Positions 1 through 9,035 of a DNA stretch of 64,000 nt are shown here, in pieces. A program made the position numbers and the translations under genes. The stretch is from an uncultured Candidatus Saccharibacteria bacterium (GTDB lineage Bacteria; Patescibacteriota; Minisyncoccia; Phycocordibacterales; UBA12088), in assembly GCA_964531785.1 (NCBI GenBank), contig CAZHFF010000003.1, positions 26,764-90,763 of the forward strand, given 5' to 3'. The first letter of the stretch is position 1. Each line of letters begins with the position of its first letter. The notes below the pieces were generated by a model, which searched no databases, was not told the origin of the DNA, and was given only the letters and a program-made list of their open reading frames with translations.

Positions 1-38
1 GTCAGTATCGTTATCGAGGGGGAGGCGCGTGGCGACGC

Positions 39-67
39 TTGACTGCTATTGACACACGTGCTATTTT
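39..67 (+). promoter_or_regulatory. sigma70-like promoter (TTGACT, 17 nt spacer, TATTTT)
   Basis: TTGACT at 39-44 and TATTTT at 62-67. This implies a TSS after the ATG at 71, which favours the ATG at 110 as the start of the next gene. Confidence 0.45.
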
Positions 68-109
68 CATATGCACCAGTCACAACGCTTATTAACCATC
101 AGCGCAAAC

Positions 110-1150
110 ATGGTAGACAAACTCTCGTTCAAGCCGAAACAAGTCACGAAGAAGCTACTCGCCACCCTGCCGGAACGTGCTCGTGATGTCCTCACGAGGC
201 GGTACGGGTTGGGTAAGGATACGGCACCGACAACCCTTGAGGCGATCGGCCAGGAGTACGGCATCACGCGTGAGCGGGTGCGGCAGATCGAGAACTACGC
301 GCTTGCGACCATACGCAAGTCGGATGCGTTCGCCGAGGAGGCAGCAGCATTCGATGAGCTTAAAACGATCATCCGGACCATGGGCGGTCTGGTCGCAGAG
401 GACGAGCTTCTTCAGTCGCTCGCCAAAGACGCGAGCACCCAGAACCACATCCACATCCTCCTCGTCCTTGGTGATGCGTTCACCAAAGAGAAGGAGAGCG
501 ACGAGTTCAAGCATCGGTGGCATATCGATCAGGAGCTCGCGGACAGTGTCCACGATTCGCTTCGTCGACTCTACGATAACCTTTCGGACGATGAGCTGGT
601 ACCCGAGTCCGAGCTTGTCGACACGTTCCTCACCGAACTGCGCGAGGTGAACCAGGAGTTCAAGAACGAACAGATACTCAAGCGATGGCTCTCGATGAGC
701 AAGAACATCGGCAAGAACCCGCTCGGTGAGTGGGGCAGGGCGCACAGCCCGAACGTTCGCGCCAAGGGCATGCGCGACTTCGCATACCTTGTGATCAAGC
801 GCCACGGCTCCCCCATGCACTTCCGCGAGGTCGCTCAGACCATCGCCGAGCTTTTCAAACGTAAGGCGCACGAGGCAACGTGTCACAATGAGCTCATCAA
901 GGACGAGCGTTTCGTGCTCGTTGGACGCGGCATCTACGCGCTCAAGGAGTGGGGCTACAGTGCCGGACCGGTCAAAGAGGTCATCACCGAGATACTCGCC
1001 CGCCAGGGTGGACTCACCCGGGAAGAGGTCATCGAGGCGGTCCGCAAGGAGCGCTATGTGAAGGACAACACGATCCTCATCAACCTCCAGGACTCCTCCC
1101 GTTTCGTTCGCGATGGCGCGACCGGGCGGTACTCGCTCCGTAAGGCGTAG
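110..1150 (+). CDS. sigma-70 region-4-like HTH DNA-binding protein
   Basis: The N-terminus LPERARDVLTRRYGL...TLEAIGQEYGITRERVRQIENYAL matches the sigma70 region 4 / LuxR-type HTH pattern. The ORF track starts at 71. I chose 110 because of the upstream -10 box. Confidence 0.6.
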   Translation: MVDKLSFKPKQVTKKLLATLPERARDVLTRRYGLGKDTAPTTLEAIGQEYGITRERVRQIENYALATIRKSDAFAEEAAAFDELKTIIRTMGGLVAEDELLQSLAKDASTQNHIHILLVLGDAFTKEKESDEFKHRWHIDQELADSVHDSLRRLYDNLSDDELVPESELVDTFLTELREVNQEFKNEQILKRWLSMSKNIGKNPLGEWGRAHSPNVRAKGMRDFAYLVIKRHGSPMHFREVAQTIAELFKRKAHEATCHNELIKDERFVLVGRGIYALKEWGYSAGPVKEVITEILARQGGLTREEVIEAVRKERYVKDNTILINLQDSSRFVRDGATGRYSLRKA

Positions 1151-1437
1151 TTTTTCTAGGTTACGAGAACAAATCCCGCGTTTCGTGGGCTTTGTTCTGC
1201 GCTTCGTGGATCGCGCACATTGGTCAAAATTCAAAGTTCAAAATGCAAAAGAACAGGTCAAAATTTATAAAGCGCGATACGCGCAGCAAGCACGTGATCG
1301 ATCCACGTGTCCTAGTTTCTGACCTTTGAATTTTGACCTTTACTTCTTGCTCAATGCCCCTTGCGCTCTGACTTTCCGACATCGGAGTAGTTACCAAGTA
1401 TTCTGGTCCCTTGGCATGCTGTATACTTACTGTGTGT

Positions 1438-2697
1438 ATGGGTACTGAACTGCTTGCGCAATCAGTGGGTGCGTTCGAAATGGTCGTTCGTGTCATCGAT
1501 GCGCTCTGGCTTTTGTTACGCTACTCACCATACTGGGCACCGCCCGTGCTTCTCGCAACGTTCTGGCGTGCATGGCTCCGGTACGTGCGGATGAAGTTCA
1601 TTACGGAACAGGACTACTGTCTGCTCGAGATACGCCTCCCCCAGGAGATCGATAAACCGCCGACCGCGATGCAGGCGGTGCTCGATGGATTAAATCTCAC
1701 CGGCGGTGAGAGCACCTTCATCGATCGCATCTGGCTCGGTAAGGTGCGCACGTGGTACTCGTTCGAGATCGTGTCACTCGAGGGGCAGGTGCACTTCTAT
1801 GTGTGGACGCGCAAGGCGTTCAAGCGTCATGTGGAGCGTAATTTCTATGCCCACTATCCGGGTATCGAGGTGATCGAGGTTCCTGATTACGCGCTCAACC
1901 TGGATATACGGCTCGATACCCACAACTGGTATGCGATAGACTACGAGCTCAAGAAGCATGACGCACTTCCCATCAAAACGTACGTGGATTACAAGCTCGA
2001 TCAAACACAGACCAAGGAAGAGCAGAAGGTCGACCCGATGGTGGGCTTGATCGAGTTCGCCGGGTCGATGGGTAAGGGCGAGTACCTGTGGATGCAGTTC
2101 TTAGCGCGGGGCCATAAGCCCGAGGACATCACCTGGGGATACCTTCGTAATGAAAGCGATGTCACTGAACAGGCAAAGGCGTACATAAGTAAATTGCGGA
2201 GCAACCCTGAAGAGACGATCCTCTACTCGGACGGTAAGGTGGGTAAGGTCTTGAGCCAGCTTCAGCTTGACCAGATCAAAGCGATACAGCGCACCGTGCT
2301 CACCGGCCACTCCTATGACGTCGGGGTGCGCTTGCTCTATGCTGCCGAGCACGAGCATTTTGATGGCACCACCATAGCCGCCATGATCCGCGCGTTCGTG
2401 CCATTCAACGCTCCCGGCCTGAACCAACTCATGCCAGATTACAACCGCTGGCTTATGAAGTTCGATTACCCGTGGCAGGACTTCAACGGCATACGTGAGA
2501 TGCGTACCAAGCTGCACGCGCTCAAAGCGTACCGGATGCGTTCATGGTTCCATGCACCGTATAAGTTCAAGCACTTCATCATGTCGAGCGAGGAGCTCGC
2601 GACGCTCTTTCATCTCCCCGGCTCGGTCGCGAAGACGCCGACAGTACAGCGCATAGCCTCGACACGAGCTGAGGCACCGCCCAACTTGCCCATATAG
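1438..2697 (+). CDS. membrane protein, paralog of the N-terminal module of the TraD/VirD4-like ATPase at 10793-13570 (DUF8128-like)
   Basis: It has an N-terminal hydrophobic helix. LLEIRLPQE...FEIVSLEGQVHFYVWT...YPGIEVIEVPDY and the C-terminal EELATLFHLPG...TP...APPNLP parallel motifs in the 934-aa ATPase. TATACT at 1422-1427 lies 10 nt before the ATG at 1438. Confidence 0.6.
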   Translation: MGTELLAQSVGAFEMVVRVIDALWLLLRYSPYWAPPVLLATFWRAWLRYVRMKFITEQDYCLLEIRLPQEIDKPPTAMQAVLDGLNLTGGESTFIDRIWLGKVRTWYSFEIVSLEGQVHFYVWTRKAFKRHVERNFYAHYPGIEVIEVPDYALNLDIRLDTHNWYAIDYELKKHDALPIKTYVDYKLDQTQTKEEQKVDPMVGLIEFAGSMGKGEYLWMQFLARGHKPEDITWGYLRNESDVTEQAKAYISKLRSNPEETILYSDGKVGKVLSQLQLDQIKAIQRTVLTGHSYDVGVRLLYAAEHEHFDGTTIAAMIRAFVPFNAPGLNQLMPDYNRWLMKFDYPWQDFNGIREMRTKLHALKAYRMRSWFHAPYKFKHFIMSSEELATLFHLPGSVAKTPTVQRIASTRAEAPPNLPI

Positions 2698-2716
2698 GGT
2701 ATACTTATACGTACGT

Positions 2717-3751
2717 ATGCAAGAGGATCCGTTCCCGCAGTTCCAGGTTCGCCTTGAACAGAAGCTGGTTACGGCCGAGCGCCGTTCTGCCAGGTTTCTT
2801 CGGCGCACCGCTCCGTTCTGGGGCATGGGTTTTGCCGTACTCCTTTTCCTTGGTGCCTGGGGATACTTTGGCGTGTACCAGCCCTCGGCATTCTTTCCGG
2901 TGCGAACGGTCGTCAATATTCCCCAGGGTGCGACGTTGGTCGAGATCGCAACGATGCTCGAGGATGCGCAGGTCGTTCGTTACGGCATAGCGTTCACCGC
3001 ATTCGTGCTTGCTGAGGGCGGTGCGAACCGCATACAAGCGGGGGACTACTACTTTGACAACAAGCTCACCCTTAGCGAGGTTGCCGATCGGTTGGTGAGC
3101 GGCAATTTCGGTCTCACACCGGTCACGGTGACCATTCCCGAAGGTGCCACGACCTACCAAATGGCCGAGATCTTTCGAACGAAGCTTGACCGGTTCGACC
3201 CGGTGACGTTCCTTGCGCTCGCAAGTGAAAAAGAAGGGTACCTGTTTCCGGACACCTACCAGTTCCTCCCGAACGCGACCGCAGACACGGTCATCGAACT
3301 TATGGAACGCACATTCTATGAGCGCATCTCTGAGCTCGAGGCAGACGTCGCTTCGTTCGGTAGACCACTCCACGAGATCATCACCATGGCGTCGCTCCTC
3401 GAAAAGGAGGCGTACCGACTCGACCATAAGCGCATGATCGCAGGCGTTTTGTGGAAGCGGCTGGAAATAGGTATGCCACTCCAGGTCGACGCGGTGTTCG
3501 GCTTCATCAAGGGTACCCATACGTTCAGCCCACGCTACTCTGATCTTGCGGTAGAGTCTCCCTATAATACGTACAAGTACGACGGGCTACCGCCGGGTCC
3601 GATCAGCAGTCCCGGTCTCGACTCGCTCAAAGCGGCCGTCCAGCCCATAGCAACGGACGCACTGTTCTATCTCCATGGCAGGGATGGGAAGCTGTACGCG
3701 AGCCGCACCTACCAGGAGCATCTCTCGAAAAAGCGGACCTACCTCGACTAG
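2717..3751 (+). CDS. mltG: endolytic murein transglycosylase MltG (YceG-like)
   Basis: N-terminal TM helix, then YYFD...LTLSEVADRL, TIPEG, EGYLFPDTYQF, ASLLEKEA, YNTYKYDGLPPGPISSPG and LFYLHGRDG. Confidence 0.9.
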   Translation: MQEDPFPQFQVRLEQKLVTAERRSARFLRRTAPFWGMGFAVLLFLGAWGYFGVYQPSAFFPVRTVVNIPQGATLVEIATMLEDAQVVRYGIAFTAFVLAEGGANRIQAGDYYFDNKLTLSEVADRLVSGNFGLTPVTVTIPEGATTYQMAEIFRTKLDRFDPVTFLALASEKEGYLFPDTYQFLPNATADTVIELMERTFYERISELEADVASFGRPLHEIITMASLLEKEAYRLDHKRMIAGVLWKRLEIGMPLQVDAVFGFIKGTHTFSPRYSDLAVESPYNTYKYDGLPPGPISSPGLDSLKAAVQPIATDALFYLHGRDGKLYASRTYQEHLSKKRTYLD

Positions 3752-3880
3752 GAGGTGTAAGAGCTGAGCATTTGTGCCGTCTTAGCACTTAGAACCAGTT
3801 CGCATATGTCCGTTCTCAGCATGTCCGGAGCCATTGCTCTGGGTTGAGATCGTATATTTGCTTTATAGAGGAGAGGAACA

Positions 3881-4327
3881 GTGAAACAAGCAAAGCGCCT
3901 ACCACCGATAATTGTCGTGGCTCAGCGTAGCCAGCCGCTTACGGCTACTGCGGCGTTGGAGCTGGTCAGCGAGTGCCGAGAGCACGGCTTGTCCGCCATG
4001 GCTGCGGTTCACGGAAATACCTGCGATCTGTCGGACGAGGATCATTTGTGCTGGGTTTCCGGTGATACGGACCCCGAGATCCGCCGCCGAGCGGTCGAGC
4101 TTGCGCGGCGAACATGGGACAGAGAACCCATTGTTGTGTTCGTGTATGAGCACGAGCCCCAGTACGAACCACGTCCCATAGAGGGTTGCGCTGGCGTGCA
4201 TCAGTTCTGGATCGGCAAGGATTGCGGATTCAGGTTACGGTCAATCAAGACCAGAAGGGTGCGTCGCGCCTGCCGGCTCACGGACCTTGTGTTGCCGCTT
4301 CTCCCCAACAAGTCATGTGTTGCCTAG
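3881..4327 (+). CDS. hypothetical protein (orphan)
   Basis: GTG start preceded by a strong SD (AGAGGAGAGG), and followed by an intrinsic terminator at 4338-4369. No recognisable motif. Confidence 0.4.
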   Translation: MKQAKRLPPIIVVAQRSQPLTATAALELVSECREHGLSAMAAVHGNTCDLSDEDHLCWVSGDTDPEIRRRAVELARRTWDREPIVVFVYEHEPQYEPRPIEGCAGVHQFWIGKDCGFRLRSIKTRRVRRACRLTDLVLPLLPNKSCVA

Positions 4328-4337
4328 CCTAGCGATC

Positions 4338-4369
4338 ATCAGGCGCCCCACGGGCGCCTGATCTCTTTT
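4338..4369 (+). terminator. rho-independent terminator
   Basis: 10-bp stem ATCAGGCGCC/GGCGCCTGAT with a 5-nt loop, followed by CTCTTTT. Confidence 0.7.
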
Positions 4370-4406
4370 GTACGTATGCGACGGTGCTGCACAGTACCGG
4401 GGCCGA

Positions 4407-4937
4407 TCATCGGCTGCTCCGTTCGTTTTCCCGACGCTCAACCTCCCAAACCTCGGTCGCCTTATCGACGAAAAGAGTTCCATCGAGGTGGTCGCACTCA
4501 TGCTGAAACGCCTGTGCCAAGAGACCACCTGCACCACGGACGAACTTCTTGCCGTGTTCGTCGTATGCTTCGACGGTTGCGTGGGTATGTCGGTGTATGG
4601 TGCCGTACCGGCCGCGCACCGATAGGCAGCCTTCGTCGAGCAGCTTCCTTCGTTTTGAACGTCGGACGATGCGGGGATTGATGAACACAAGGTGCGGGTC
4701 CTTGCTCGACTCAGGGTGGTCACTATCCGGACCGAACACGCGCTCAGCGATGACAAAGATACGAAGCGACACACCGATCTGGGGAGCGGCAAGCGCTGCG
4801 CCTTCCGGCTCGTTCCGCAGTGTTTCCTGCATCGCCCGGATCACCCCTTGTATATGGTCCGAACGTATCTCGCCGATCGGTACGGCCTCCGCTCGTTCCC
4901 TGAGGGTCGGGTTTCCTTGCTGTACTATGGTGTGCAT
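4407..4937 (-). CDS. def: peptide deformylase
   Basis: Three motifs are present: GAALAAPQIG, EGCLS and QHECDHLDG. The start at 4937 is supported by TATATT plus 6 nt plus ATG. Confidence 0.9.
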   Translation of the reverse strand: MHTIVQQGNPTLRERAEAVPIGEIRSDHIQGVIRAMQETLRNEPEGAALAAPQIGVSLRIFVIAERVFGPDSDHPESSKDPHLVFINPRIVRRSKRRKLLDEGCLSVRGRYGTIHRHTHATVEAYDEHGKKFVRGAGGLLAQAFQHECDHLDGTLFVDKATEVWEVERRENERSSR

Positions 4938-4943
4938 GTGCTG

Positions 4944-4972
4944 AATATACCGTGTTTTTTGCGAAAAGCGAA
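4944..4972 (-). promoter_or_regulatory. def promoter, leaderless geometry
   Basis: On the minus strand: TTCGCT (4972-4967), 17 nt spacer, TATATT (4949-4944), 6 nt, ATG at 4937. Confidence 0.55.
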
Positions 4973-4991
4973 CCGGTCGTCTTGAGATCAC

Positions 4992-6878
4992 TTAGAGCAC
5001 GTTCTCTGGGTCGATCTCGATCATGAGGGATGGTGGCAGTGCTCGGAGCCGTTCGAGCAGTGACGGCTCAGGCCACGTCTCTCGTCGTATCCGTACAAAG
5101 CCGTGGAGCATCAGGTTGCCTTTGGGTGCTCGCAAGAGCCGATGGAACGGTATCAGCTCGAACGGAGCAAGTACCTGTTGTGCCAGAGCAAGTTGTTCCG
5201 TCACTGTCTCCTCTGTGCCGATCGCGGTTACCTTGATGATCGTCGTGAAGGGCGGGTAACCGAACGACTTGCGTTCCTTGAGCTCGTTCTTGTAGAAGGT
5301 CGAGAAGTTACCCTCGAGCGCAAGTGCAAGGATCCCCGCTTCAGGGCGTCGGGTCTGGACTATGCATTCGTGCTCGGTCCACTCTCGTATCCTCGTGAGG
5401 GTCGACGCGATGCGTTCGTACATGCTCCACGTGGGGAGTGAGAGCAGGGCGTCGAGCGACACGACCGCTGAGAGCGGGACCTTTCGTGAAAGGTAGGGCA
5501 GGGCGAGCTCGGTACCGATAAGGAGCGCACCGGGCGTGTCCGCGAACGTCTGTGCGATGCGCGACGCAGCACGATGTGTCCGTGCCGTATCGCTCGAGAG
5601 CGTCAGTATGGTCGCGTCCGGCGCACGTTCACGGAGCTCGCGTTCCACGAGCTCGGTTCCGATACCGAACGCCTCGAGGCGCCAGCTTCGACAGACCACA
5701 CACCGTTCGCGCGCATGGCGTAGCGCGCCGCATGAGTGGCAGAGAAAGTAGTTCTCCTCGTTGCCTTTGTGGAGCACGACCGAGGCGTCGCAATCGTTGC
5801 AGACGACCGTCGTGCCACAGTCCCGACAGAGCGTAATAGGGGAGAGGCCTCGTCGGGCAACGTAGAGAAACGTGCTCTGGCCGGCACGGTAGTTGTCACG
5901 GAGCTTTTCCGTGAGTACGGGACCGAGCGCCGTGAATGGTTTGTTGCCGCGTTCCGCGTTCTTTGCGGTAACGAGCTCGGCTTTGCTTTCGAACACGGTC
6001 CGGTGGTGACCCGAAACCACCTCCTCGTACTCGCCCGTGTCACGCAGGTAGATGCTCTCGATCGAGAGCGGCAGGTCCGCTCGATAGAACTGGCCTCCGA
6101 GCGCCGCAGCAAGCTCGTGTGCAAGCGTGCGGGTGTCGATGTGGGGACGGGTGTGCATCCGGTAGAGGGGGGACGCTTCGCGTTCGAGGATCACGGTCGC
6201 AAGGTCATGGCGCGGCAGGGCAAGGAACGAAGGGGTCATGACCACCAGGACCGGATGCTCCTCATCAAGTAGGGTCGTGAGCGTGGTTCGCTGCTTGGTC
6301 TTGCTCATTCCGCTCGTGACCAGGTGAGCATAGCCCTCGATACCATGCGCGAGCGGTTCGTAGATACGTTCCGCTTCTGCTATGGTCGGAGCTAACAGGT
6401 ACACACTGCCGCCTGCAGCAAAGGCTTCACGCACCGCAGTTCGGTAAAATTCGACCCGCGTGTGGAACGGTGCTTGGAAGAGCCGGGGTATCACATAGCC
6501 CTGGAACTTCGGCTTCGTGGTAGGTCTGACGCGGGCGAGCACCTCCTCGTCCAAGAGCGCGTTCGGTGTGTACGAGAAAATGGTGGCGCCTGTCGTCGTT
6601 GCGTGCCGCTCGGCGGCCTTTGTAGCCGCTTGGATGAATGCCGCTGAAAAAAGGGGAAGTGCTCGCTGCTTACGGATCTTCTTGAGCGCGAACGTCTGTG
6701 ACCGGACCTCTTGGCGCGTGTTCGCTATAGGCTCACAGGAGACCACAAGCCCGCGGACGTCGCTCGATCGGAGCGAGATCGTCACGAGACTACCCTCGGG
6801 ATACGTACACACGCTCCAATAGGAAAGCTCCTCTTTCGTTATGCCGCGCGAGAGGGGGATCACTCGTATGAGGAACAT
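4992..6878 (-). CDS. priA: primosomal protein N' (PriA) homolog with degenerate ATPase motifs
   Basis: The Cys-rich zinc region CRDCG..CNDCD...CHSCG...CVVC and the overall PriA layout are present. Extended -10 TGGTATACT (6893-6885) plus 6 nt plus ATG at 6878. See the finding on the Walker motifs. Confidence 0.8.
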   Translation of the reverse strand: MFLIRVIPLSRGITKEELSYWSVCTYPEGSLVTISLRSSDVRGLVVSCEPIANTRQEVRSQTFALKKIRKQRALPLFSAAFIQAATKAAERHATTTGATIFSYTPNALLDEEVLARVRPTTKPKFQGYVIPRLFQAPFHTRVEFYRTAVREAFAAGGSVYLLAPTIAEAERIYEPLAHGIEGYAHLVTSGMSKTKQRTTLTTLLDEEHPVLVVMTPSFLALPRHDLATVILEREASPLYRMHTRPHIDTRTLAHELAAALGGQFYRADLPLSIESIYLRDTGEYEEVVSGHHRTVFESKAELVTAKNAERGNKPFTALGPVLTEKLRDNYRAGQSTFLYVARRGLSPITLCRDCGTTVVCNDCDASVVLHKGNEENYFLCHSCGALRHARERCVVCRSWRLEAFGIGTELVERELRERAPDATILTLSSDTARTHRAASRIAQTFADTPGALLIGTELALPYLSRKVPLSAVVSLDALLSLPTWSMYERIASTLTRIREWTEHECIVQTRRPEAGILALALEGNFSTFYKNELKERKSFGYPPFTTIIKVTAIGTEETVTEQLALAQQVLAPFELIPFHRLLRAPKGNLMLHGFVRIRRETWPEPSLLERLRALPPSLMIEIDPENVL

Positions 6879-6958
6879 GGTGAAAGTATACCACGAGCCA
6901 AGGGAGAAACTTGACAAAAGCAGTATCCGTTGTAAGACACCTCTCCTGTCCAGGTTGC

Positions 6959-8272
6959 TCAGTCGGTCGCTTCGACATGAGCACCGAGGCTTCGGAGCCT
7001 GCCGACGATATCTTCGTACCCGCGGTGGATCGAGTAGACGTTCCTGAGGACCGAGCGGCCGGGCGCTGCGAGCATTGCCACGAGGAGTATCGCAGCCGGA
7101 CGGAGCGCAGGCGGTGCGACGAGCTCCGCAGCCCGGAACTTGGTCGGACCTTCGATGTAGATACGGTGCGGATCTGCGAGCAGTGTCTCCGCGCCAAGGC
7201 GGTCAAGTTCAGTGAGGTAAATGGCCCGCTTCTCGTACATCCAGTCGTGGATCAGGGTCGTGCCCTTTGCCTGGGTCGCGATGACCGCAAAGAACGGGAG
7301 GTTGTCCATGTTGAGGCCCGGGTACGGCCGCGCATGTACCTTGTCTTCCGGCGCTCGAAGCACCGACGCGTGCGTTACAAGGTCAACGAGCAGCGTGCGC
7401 TTGTTCTTCGAACGATAGCGTTTCACGATGTCGTAGCGAAAACCCATCTTTTCTAGGACAAGGAGCTCCTGCTCGAGGAACTCGATCGGGGCCCGCTGTA
7501 TGGTGATCGAACTTTTGGTCGCGATCGCCGCAGCAAGGTAGAACATCGCGACGATAGGGTCCTCAGAGAGTTCATAGACCACAGGTTTGTCGATCTTCTT
7601 GATACCGTGGACCGTGAGCGTTGTTGTGCCGATACCCTCTATCTGTACGCCGCACTGCTCGAGAAAGAAGCAGACCTCCTGCACCTGGTAGTTCGCTGAC
7701 GCGTACTTGATCGTGGTCTTGCCTGGGATGAGTGCTGCAGCGAGGAGAGCGTTCTCTGTCGCCGTGTCGCTCGACTCGTACATGATGATCTCGGCGGGTC
7801 GGAGCTTTTCGCGCTTTACGTGCCACCAGCCGTTCTTTGTTGTGGTGATCGAAACGCCGAGCTTCTCGAGCGCGTAGAAATGAGGTCGCACGGTGCGGCT
7901 ACCCAGCTTGCAGCCGCCGGCATGGGGCAGGTGAAAATCAGCATTGTCATGGAGGAGCGGTCCGAGCAGCATGATGATCGAGCGCGTCTTGCGTGCCGAT
8001 CCTTCGTTGAGCGCACTGAGATCGTAGCGCTCGGGCGGTATGAGCGTCAGGTCCCTGCCTTCCCATACGACCTGCATACCGATCGACTCGAGCACCTCGA
8101 CCATGCGAAACACCTCCTCGATGCGGGGTACGTTGCAGAGCGTCGTCGGTGCCCGGTTGAGGAGCGAGGCGGCGAGCGTGCCCATCGCCCCGTTCTTCGA
8201 GGTGTCGACCGTTATCGAGCCGCGGAGCTTCTTGCCCCCCTCGATCGTTATGTTCGCTGCCATTGGTGCCAT
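6959..8272 (-). CDS. murA: UDP-N-acetylglucosamine 1-carboxyvinyltransferase
   Basis: ITIEGGKKLRGSITVDTSKNGA, PRIEEV and active-site GGCKLGSRTV. TATACT at 8287-8282 lies 9 nt before the ATG at 8272. Confidence 0.9.
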   Translation of the reverse strand: MAPMAANITIEGGKKLRGSITVDTSKNGAMGTLAASLLNRAPTTLCNVPRIEEVFRMVEVLESIGMQVVWEGRDLTLIPPERYDLSALNEGSARKTRSIIMLLGPLLHDNADFHLPHAGGCKLGSRTVRPHFYALEKLGVSITTTKNGWWHVKREKLRPAEIIMYESSDTATENALLAAALIPGKTTIKYASANYQVQEVCFFLEQCGVQIEGIGTTTLTVHGIKKIDKPVVYELSEDPIVAMFYLAAAIATKSSITIQRAPIEFLEQELLVLEKMGFRYDIVKRYRSKNKRTLLVDLVTHASVLRAPEDKVHARPYPGLNMDNLPFFAVIATQAKGTTLIHDWMYEKRAIYLTELDRLGAETLLADPHRIYIEGPTKFRAAELVAPPALRPAAILLVAMLAAPGRSVLRNVYSIHRGYEDIVGRLRSLGAHVEATD

Positions 8273-8408
8273 ATGGAGAGCAGTATATACGAGATAGTGC
8301 GCGAGGGGAACGAGGCCTGCAGAACGCCCAAAGGTAGTGTTTCTGTGTCTGGTTTGGGTGCGTTCCGTGTGGTATCGTGCGTCGAGTATAAAGAAAAGGA
8401 GAACGGTC

Positions 8409-8945
8409 ATGGTGCGGGTCATCGCGCTCGTGGGGATCATGGACTTACCAGGAAGCGGTGCGCGTTTGTGGGACGGGTTTGCTGATGCGTTCGCCGATTC
8501 ACTGCCCGAGCATGAGTGGACGGTGATGCACCGGTTCTATCTACCGTGGCAGTTCAGTCGTATGCAACGATATGCGAAAGACGTTCGGGCGCACATCGAT
8601 ACCGATGACCTGCGTCCCGTGGTACTCATCGGGTACAGCCTGGGCGGGGTCATCGCACGAGCTGTCGCGCCGACCTGTGTGAGCGGCGTCGTGCGTCTCG
8701 TTGTTACGATGCAGGCACCGCACGCTTGGGCGCACCGGTTCGGATTTCACTACGCACCATGGCCAGGCCGGACGCTCACCGTAGCCGGTGCGCATGATCG
8801 CGTGGTACCAGCGGAAGCAGCGGACCTTACCGGCAACGCACGCAAAGTCGTTCTGCCCATAGGGCACTACGTTGCTCTTGTTCGGGAGAAACGAGTACAG
8901 CGCCACATAGCAAGCTTGGTCAGAGAGGAGTATGCCGGGACGTGA
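8409..8945 (+). CDS. alpha/beta-hydrolase-fold protein (lipase/esterase-like)
   Basis: Nucleophile elbow GYSLGG. SD AAAGGAG lies 7 nt upstream of the ATG at 8409. Confidence 0.6.
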   Translation: MVRVIALVGIMDLPGSGARLWDGFADAFADSLPEHEWTVMHRFYLPWQFSRMQRYAKDVRAHIDTDDLRPVVLIGYSLGGVIARAVAPTCVSGVVRLVVTMQAPHAWAHRFGFHYAPWPGRTLTVAGAHDRVVPAEAADLTGNARKVVLPIGHYVALVREKRVQRHIASLVREEYAGT

Positions 8946-9035
8946 ATCGTGCGTCTAACGGGCCGGTCGTGTGCGAACGCGACCGGCCCGTTCTTGCGTG
9001 CCACCGAAAGCAGTTCGATGGTATACTGCACCCAC

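Noticed and set aside
71-109. N-terminal extensions given by the longest-ORF track (for example 71, 1411, 6917, 8440, 8337, 8949, 18436, 21573, 45751 and 59016)
   Set aside because: In each case a -10 box, SD or upstream gene end lies inside the extension. The conserved protein N-terminus also starts at an internal Met, so the shorter starts were used.
155-1234. 359-aa ORF antisense to the sigma-r4-like gene
   Set aside because: It fully overlaps a gene with recognisable motifs. The Arg/Leu/Glu-rich low-information translation is typical of shadow ORFs in GC-rich DNA. The same reasoning applies to 2705-3520(-), 5603-6124(-) and 5736-6272(+).
1113-1322. 69-aa ORF inside the AT-rich island
   Set aside because: It overlaps the 3' end of the upstream gene and consists of the repeat/palindrome sequence, with no start-site signals.
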